This document shows, piece after piece, positions 52,714 through 57,845 of a stretch of 57,845 nucleotides of DNA. The stretch is from IMG/VR virus record IMGVR_UViG_3300025810_000007, positions 1 to 57,845 of that record. One strand, 5' to 3'. This DNA is from a virus. Taxonomy: Duplodnaviria > Caudoviricetes. A program made the translations under genes and the position numbers. The notes below the pieces were generated by a model. It worked only from the letters and a program-made list of their open reading frames with translations. It was not told the origin of the DNA and did not search any database. Every line of letters starts with the position of its first letter. Position 1 is the stretch's first letter.

Positions 52714-53418
52714 CTATGGGTTTGCCGAGGTTACTGGTATTCTAACTGCGCCGTCTGTGTAGTCGTCTCTTCGTCTTCTACCAACTTGCTCATTAGCAAA
52801 CTTTTGTACCTCTTGTTTATACTTATTTTCGTATAGTGTCAACATATCAATTGGACCTTTTAAAAATCCATATGCCTCTGATAGACAACAATATAATAGT
52901 CCATTTGGAAAGTTTAGACTAATATAATTCGTATCATTATTTTCTAATAAAGCCGGTGCAGCATTGTAGTGAACTCTAAATTTGTATGTTGTATCAGGGA
53001 CAGGAGCAAACATCATTCTTCCAGATGTTGTGTCAGACTCACCAGTTCCACCACCAAACATAGCATAATATTTAGGTTGGCCCCTTTTAGTTGATGCTGT
53101 TGAAGATACATATTCTTGTAAATAAGTTATGTCTTTTTTTTCTAACCAAACATTAGGTCCTGTAATTTCTGATGTAGAATCATAGACTTGGATACCTCTT
53201 ATAAAGACAGCTCCTGCTGGAGCATTAATAGTTTCTTGTCCTGTCACCAAATTACCTGATTGTTGCTTTCTATCAGCATCAATTGGTACATCTCTAAAAA
53301 TTCTATATTGTGCATTTAATATTATATTTTCTAAAACAGAGTCTGATAAAACATTAGAATCTGTTTCGGTATAACTTCTAATTTGTGTTTTTAATCCTGA
53401 TGCACTTAATCCAGCCAT
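52714..53418 (-). CDS. Head-tail adaptor / tail tubular A-like protein
   Basis: LKTQIRSY...NAQYRI...GQPKYYA...APVPD...LLYCCL. Confidence 0.6.
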   Translation of the reverse strand: MAGLSASGLKTQIRSYTETDSNVLSDSVLENIILNAQYRIFRDVPIDADRKQQSGNLVTGQETINAPAGAVFIRGIQVYDSTSEITGPNVWLEKKDITYLQEYVSSTASTKRGQPKYYAMFGGGTGESDTTSGRMMFAPVPDTTYKFRVHYNAAPALLENNDTNYISLNFPNGLLYCCLSEAYGFLKGPIDMLTLYENKYKQEVQKFANEQVGRRRRDDYTDGAVRIPVTSANP

Positions 53419-53579
53419 TATGCTACTCCTGCTAATTCTCTACATTTAGGACAACGGTGTTTATATTTATTGTGTTCATCACAAAAATTTTTTTTAACTT
53501 CTTCATACAAAGTAAGATGTGGGTCCTGTTTTTCAGGTTTAAATATATTTTTTATCCAATTCCAAATTTTATTTATCAT
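53418..53579 (-). CDS. Small CxxH/CxxC protein
   Basis: MINKIWNW...CDEH...CPKC; coupled at both ends. Confidence 0.6.
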   Translation of the reverse strand: MINKIWNWIKNIFKPEKQDPHLTLYEEVKKNFCDEHNKYKHRCPKCRELAGVA

Positions 53580-54196
53580 GCTTCTATTGTTATGGGTCCT
53601 ATTGAACAACCATAACCTCCTCCTTTTATATTACCACTTGTAGCAGTATCTGAATTAACTGTAAAGAAGAAGAAATTTGAAACAAAATAATCAGATGTAC
53701 CTCTTCCTGGATTTCCGTCTCCTGTATCGGGAATATATTTTCCTGTTGTAACAGCATATCCTGAACCTTGACCTATTTGTGCACCTGTTATCCCATCAAA
53801 ATTAGGAATTGTTGCGTAAGCAAAAACAGGATTACTTGCTGTGCCTGTTCCTGGTGAAATTGTTGGGGGTCCTCTAAATAAATATGTTGTTCCATTTGTT
53901 AAACCGTGTCCAGGTGAAAATACATTTATAATTCCTGATCCTGCAGCATATGTTTCAAAACCATCTTGTGCTATCATTACAGTTGTAATTGGTTCTGTTC
54001 TATCTGGTCTTACTTGTAATAATGCAATACCATCTCCACCTGCTGGTTTTGGTTCTAATTGAGGTTGTTTTGGTTCAAACTCTGTGTAGTGAACAAATGA
54101 ACCATTCCATTCTCTAACCATTTCTCTATATGGAAACTCCATACCAGACCTGTCTGATATTGCTTTTGCATGTTTTCCTGTTGCATACTTTGACAT
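53576..54196 (-). CDS. Virion-associated hypothetical protein
   Basis: AISDRSG...EWNG...EPKQPQL N-terminus. Confidence 0.65.
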   Translation of the reverse strand: MSKYATGKHAKAISDRSGMEFPYREMVREWNGSFVHYTEFEPKQPQLEPKPAGGDGIALLQVRPDRTEPITTVMIAQDGFETYAAGSGIINVFSPGHGLTNGTTYLFRGPPTISPGTGTASNPVFAYATIPNFDGITGAQIGQGSGYAVTTGKYIPDTGDGNPGRGTSDYFVSNFFFFTVNSDTATSGNIKGGGYGCSIGPITIEA

Positions 54197-54948
54197 TATG
54201 TTCCTGGGTAATAAGCTTTTGGTGTTATATGTGTACTTGAAGCTGAACCATCTTCTGCAAGTGCTCTTTGTAATTCGTCTTCATAATATAATTTCATTTG
54301 TTGAGCTAGTTGTGGTGCATATTTTTGTGATAAATAAAAAGCAAGTCCAGCTGTCATACAAGGTACAAATCTAAATGGTACATCTGTTGCATTTGTATAA
54401 TCACCCACATCTTGTATTCTTTTTATATAATAAAAATGTAGGTCTTTAGATGCATTTGTAGAATCTGGTGTTGGGTAAACATGTATTCTAACTTTATCAA
54501 TAAATCTTTCTACCCAATATTGATTAGGTGTACCTTGTGAAAGTTTATTAGAAAAACCTGCATAAGTAGATCTATCTACTTTTGTCATCGGTGAGTCTGA
54601 TTGAGTAGTTTGAGTTCTATTATTTCTTAATTGTGCTTCAAGAACATCGGACATGCCATAGATTCCATTAGTAGGTGTAGTCGTTGCAGAAGTTCCATCA
54701 CTACTAGCTCTAAAAAAATCATAGTCTGACTGACCTTGAATTAAATCAAGATTAGTTTCGTCTATTTCCCAATAGTGAATACCTCTATTACCCCATTCTT
54801 GAAATAGAATATTAAGAGATCTTCTAGCAGATTTTAATTGATAACCCGCTACAGAATTTAGTCCAATACGTTCAAAAGCATCTTCTATTATCTCTTCAAT
54901 AGAAAAAGTTTTGTCGAACGTTGTAGTTCCCGAAGTAGTATTAGCCAT
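54196..54948 (-). CDS. Head-tail connector/adaptor protein
   Basis: IIEDAFER...ARRSLN...W.NRG...G.P...YPTPD...GLA; same fold pattern as 52714-53418. Confidence 0.6.
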   Translation of the reverse strand: MANTTSGTTTFDKTFSIEEIIEDAFERIGLNSVAGYQLKSARRSLNILFQEWGNRGIHYWEIDETNLDLIQGQSDYDFFRASSDGTSATTTPTNGIYGMSDVLEAQLRNNRTQTTQSDSPMTKVDRSTYAGFSNKLSQGTPNQYWVERFIDKVRIHVYPTPDSTNASKDLHFYYIKRIQDVGDYTNATDVPFRFVPCMTAGLAFYLSQKYAPQLAQQMKLYYEDELQRALAEDGSASSTHITPKAYYPGT

Positions 54949-54956
54949 TTAAAATC

Positions 54957-55364
54957 CTATTCGTAAACTTTAATCCACTCACAAACAACTGTTCCGGTAT
55001 CTCCTGCTGTACAAGCTGGTAAAACTATGTTTACATCTCCAGTATAACCACTAGCTTTAGTGTTTTTTAAACCACCAAAATCAGAGTAATCATATTCCAT
55101 TTCACCATTTAAACTTTGAAATACAACATCAGTCGTTGCATCCCATTGCATACGTAATGCATCTGCTGGTGCAGTTACTGAAACGTTACAACTAACTTTA
55201 TTTAATCTTACAGTTAGGCAACTTTTTCCTGCTGGGCTTTTTGTTAATTCAGAAACATCAACAATTTTAGTTGTGCTCCCTGAATTATCAGAAACTACGT
55301 TGTAGTGTGTGATTAGTTTTTTTGCTCCGTCAAATACAGTTGTATTTAATACTGTGTCTGCCAT
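54957..55364 (-). CDS. Structural hypothetical protein
   Basis: 135 aa beta-rich, AAGGAGG RBS. Confidence 0.7.
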   Translation of the reverse strand: MADTVLNTTVFDGAKKLITHYNVVSDNSGSTTKIVDVSELTKSPAGKSCLTVRLNKVSCNVSVTAPADALRMQWDATTDVVFQSLNGEMEYDYSDFGGLKNTKASGYTGDVNIVLPACTAGDTGTVVCEWIKVYE

Positions 55365-55384
55365 GTTTTTGTCCTCCTTTTAAA

Positions 55385-55408
55385 GGACGCCTGCATTACC
55401 AGGCGCCC
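55385..55408 (-). terminator. Weak terminator or processing hairpin
   Basis: GGGCGCCTG-GTAATG-CAGGCGTCC followed by TTT. Confidence 0.45.
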
Positions 55409-55420
55409 CGAGTTAATTTA

Positions 55421-55939
55421 TTACGCGTCTGCGAATGGTGTTACTATTGTACCTGATCCAATTAATAAAGAATTATGAACCATGTATGTAGCAGTATCAA
55501 TCGCTGTGAAAGATACTACACTACCAACGATTCCACCTTTTGTAGAACCATTCATAGTAATAACATCGTTAGATGCACCTGGTACGAAAGCTTTTTTCGA
55601 ACCATCGTCAACACCAATCATGATAGCACCTTTAAATTTATCAGTACCATCAGTTAAGATGTCCATATCAGTTGCAGCTGTTTCAACAAAAAATGTGAAA
55701 GTTGCACCGATATTATTTAGATTATTAAAGTCATTATCACCTGCTGATGCGCCATTTGCATTTACATTGATTGAAGGTAAAGTAAATTTACCGTCAGCAT
55801 CATTGCAAAGTAAAATTCTACCCGCATGTGCAGCAACTGTTAATGTTGTGTCAGCTGTTAAGCTAACAGTCATACCAGGACCTGTACTTGTAAAGCCATT
55901 TTTAGAAATGACTGGTCCTGAAAACGTAGTGTTTGCCAT
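55421..55939 (-). CDS. Structural protein (MANTTFSGPV family), possible head fibre/decoration
   Basis: 172 aa, TAGGAGG RBS, first gene after a near-consensus promoter. Confidence 0.6.
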   Translation of the reverse strand: MANTTFSGPVISKNGFTSTGPGMTVSLTADTTLTVAAHAGRILLCNDADGKFTLPSINVNANGASAGDNDFNNLNNIGATFTFFVETAATDMDILTDGTDKFKGAIMIGVDDGSKKAFVPGASNDVITMNGSTKGGIVGSVVSFTAIDTATYMVHNSLLIGSGTIVTPFADA

Positions 55940-55947
55940 AGTGTTAT

Positions 55948-56017
55948 CCTCCTAGTTATTTGAATATCGTCTCTAGGCCGTCGACTATACGCGTCGATAT
56001 TCAATTTAATGTATAGT
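55948..56017 (-). promoter_or_regulatory. Structured 5' leader (double-pseudoknot candidate)
   Basis: Three interleaved pairings: ACTATAC/GTATAGT, TTGAATATCG/CGATATTCAA, CCTAG/CTAGG (the last overlaps the RBS). Confidence 0.6.
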
Positions 56018-56023
56018 AAAGAT

Positions 56024-56052
56024 ATTATATGTTATTTTTTAGTAGAGTGCAA
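56024..56052 (-). promoter_or_regulatory. sigma70 promoter for the tail operon
   Basis: TTGCAC-17-TATAAT. Confidence 0.75.
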
Positions 56053-56095
56053 GAGAGCCTACGGTATTTATGCATTTCAGCGATGTAGCTTTTGA

Positions 56096-56305
56096 TTAAG
56101 TAGCTACAGAAACTTGTGGAGCGGCACCTTCAATAGTATTTTGCCTGTGAGCAATTTTAGCTTCTTCAAGCTTAATGTCAGTAATGACTTGTTTAACTTT
56201 GTCATCGATTCTGACCATTTCAAGAGTGTATCTACCATTAGACAGATGCTCCTGTTCCCACTTCAACTCCAAGGACCTTTTTTGTTTGTATAGGTCTTGT
56301 ATCAT
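56096..56305 (-). CDS. Hypothetical coiled-coil protein
   Basis: Start placed at 56305 by GAGGAGG RBS. Confidence 0.7.
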   Translation of the reverse strand: MIQDLYKQKRSLELKWEQEHLSNGRYTLEMVRIDDKVKQVITDIKLEEAKIAHRQNTIEGAAPQVSVAT

Positions 56306-56507
56306 CAACAACCTCCTCATAGGTTATTCTGTTTACTCGGTTATCATATGATATACCAAGATATTCCCAATTTATACTCTTTTCTCCCAGTTTGTCAAGG
56401 ATTGACTGTTCAAGAGAAATAGCAGTATCTTCTGCAAAAACATTAAATTTTGCATAGTGATCATATGCCCATATTTTTACTGTGAAGTTTTTCATGAATC
56501 CCACCAT
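56238..56507 (-). CDS. Hypothetical protein
   Basis: 89 aa, downstream of the capsid terminator. Confidence 0.65.
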   Translation of the reverse strand: MVGFMKNFTVKIWAYDHYAKFNVFAEDTAISLEQSILDKLGEKSINWEYLGISYDNRVNRITYEEVVDDTRPIQTKKVLGVEVGTGASV

Positions 56508-56518
56508 TTATGTTGTAA

Positions 56519-56544
56519 ATGGGGCCGTTTTAAGGCGGCCCCAT
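56519..56544 (-). terminator. Terminator after the major capsid gene
   Basis: ATGGGGCCG...CGGCCCCAT stem 12 nt after the stop; short U tract. Confidence 0.65.
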
Positions 56545-56556
56545 AAAATTTATTGA

Positions 56557-57468
56557 TTACGCACCTTCAACGCCGAAGATACCTCTAGGGTCAGATACAC
56601 CAAATGAGTATCTTTCTCTAGCTTTGTATCTTACGTTTCCAGTATCGAAGTCACCTTCCATTGCAGTTGTCAATGGAGCTCTGTTGAACATTTTCATTCC
56701 ATTTGGAATGTCTGTTAAGATATAAAACGCATCTGTATCAGTTAGGTAATTGTTCACTCTATAACCTTGAGGAATCATACCCATAGATACGATAGCATTG
56801 ATATCGTTATCAGCTGTTCCAGTTCTACCTTGAGACTTCATAAGTCTTTCAGCTGTGAATTGTAGCTCTGAAGGAATAATCATTTTTACTCCTCTTGCAG
56901 CAATTCTTAAACCTCTTTCGTCAGTCATTTGACCGATGTCGATCAAAGATTGCTCTAACGAAGTTTCGTTTAAGTCAGCTTGAGTAGTCAACGTGTTCTG
57001 GAAAGTTCCAGATACTGTTGGGTGAGATGTGTTAAACAAACTAACGCCGTCACCTGAATCAAAACCATCCGTTGAAGGAAGACCTTGAATTAAAGGTTCT
57101 ACCGCTTTTACTTGTTTAGCGTTACTCATAGATCTTGCTAAAGCTTTTGTATATCTAGACGCAAGTCTGTCATACAAGTTGTCCTCGATCGCTTCTTCAG
57201 TGATCGCGAATGCTAAAGCTACAGTCTCGTGAGTGTATCTCGCAGTGAAAGTTTCTTGTGCTTCATCAAATGATACACCAGATCCTTCACCTTTTACTTG
57301 TGCGTTTGCAAAGCCACTTAACATTACTTCCTCTTCGAAAGCTCTGTCAGATGCTTCTTCAGTATAAATTTCAGCATGCTGATTTTCATACCTTTTGTAT
57401 TCCAAGCCGAACAGTGCGTTCAAACCTGGCTCTAGTTCTTTAACTAGTTGTGATCGTGATATTGCCAT
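56557..57468 (-). CDS. Major capsid protein
   Basis: 303 aa; MAISRSQLVKELEPGLNALFG, ITEEAIED.LY, DG..LF...HP, RYKARERYSFG; AGGAG RBS. Confidence 0.88.
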   Translation of the reverse strand: MAISRSQLVKELEPGLNALFGLEYKRYENQHAEIYTEEASDRAFEEEVMLSGFANAQVKGEGSGVSFDEAQETFTARYTHETVALAFAITEEAIEDNLYDRLASRYTKALARSMSNAKQVKAVEPLIQGLPSTDGFDSGDGVSLFNTSHPTVSGTFQNTLTTQADLNETSLEQSLIDIGQMTDERGLRIAARGVKMIIPSELQFTAERLMKSQGRTGTADNDINAIVSMGMIPQGYRVNNYLTDTDAFYILTDIPNGMKMFNRAPLTTAMEGDFDTGNVRYKARERYSFGVSDPRGIFGVEGA

Positions 57469-57845
57469 TATTGTTCTCCTATTCTAGCTTTACGATTGTA
57501 GCTCAATTAGATTAGCAACTACTACTACAGATCTGAAAGCCGCATTTTCATCGTTTTCAGGATCTTCAGCAGATCGAAGTAATCTCCAAGAGTCTGCATC
57601 AGCACTTGTATCTCCGATATCTAACGTAGCTGAAGACTGACCAGTAGTTGTACTACCAGCTGTTGTATTCATATCATACGTTTCTAGATATCCAGATTGC
57701 GCTACTGCAGCATCTGTTGCTACTACATATTGTTGTTGTGGGTTATCGAATACAAATGCATCGATATCTTCTGAGTTTGCTGGTGTTACTTGAACGTAAT
57801 GATTCGCAAACGTCGGCTTTAAAGTTGTAGCCGCGTTGTAGAATA
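57449..57845. repeat. Terminal direct repeat, right copy (partial second allele of gene 42-602)
   Basis: Matches 1-397 at about 94% identity with the reading frame intact. Confidence 0.95.

Noticed and set aside
57490-57672. Separate 60-aa gene
   Set aside because: It is the 3' part of the second allele of gene 42-602, truncated by the window edge.
57449-57845. Diversity-generating retroelement TR/VR pair
   Set aside because: No reverse transcriptase; mismatches are mostly synonymous and not adenine-specific; position at contig ends fits assembly overlap.
1-57845. Prophage, alternative genetic code or phage RNA polymerase
   Set aside because: No integrase, att context or host genes; long genes are intact in the standard code with all three stops used; no RNA polymerase motifs recognised.

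Overview
The window is an apparently complete, circularly permuted genome of an AT-rich marine podovirus-like dsDNA phage. The unit length is about 57,448 bp, and positions 1-397 recur at 57449-57845. From recall, its gene content and order resemble HTVC023P-type pelagiphages (SAR11) and uvMED phages; this is an inference, not a search result. Most genes are on the minus strand. Modules: head (terminase large subunit, portal, GroES, scaffold, major capsid), tail and ejection proteins, replication (PolA with Leu762, UvrD-like and SNF2 helicases, primase-polymerase, SSB-like protein, exonuclease), an M15 endolysin and nine 2OG-Fe(II) oxygenases. I found no integrase, RNA polymerase, reverse transcriptase, tRNA or CRISPR array. 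The most interesting signals are non-coding or below the ORF-track cutoff: (1) a promoter-driven ~250-nt structured RNA candidate with two ACACAGACA-loop hairpins at 13.9-14.1 kb; (2) about 23 CAAGCNN heptad repeats, two arrays of which run into -35 boxes; (3) an AGGAT operator family with an unannotated 57-aa ribbon-helix-helix-like protein; (4) an 11-bp iteron array resembling an origin at 17.5-17.8 kb; (5) a double-pseudoknot 5' leader that can mask an RBS at ~56.0 kb; (6) a GG-R-I-G peptide tag shared by about ten putative virion-internal proteins. All protein family calls come from motif recognition by eye.
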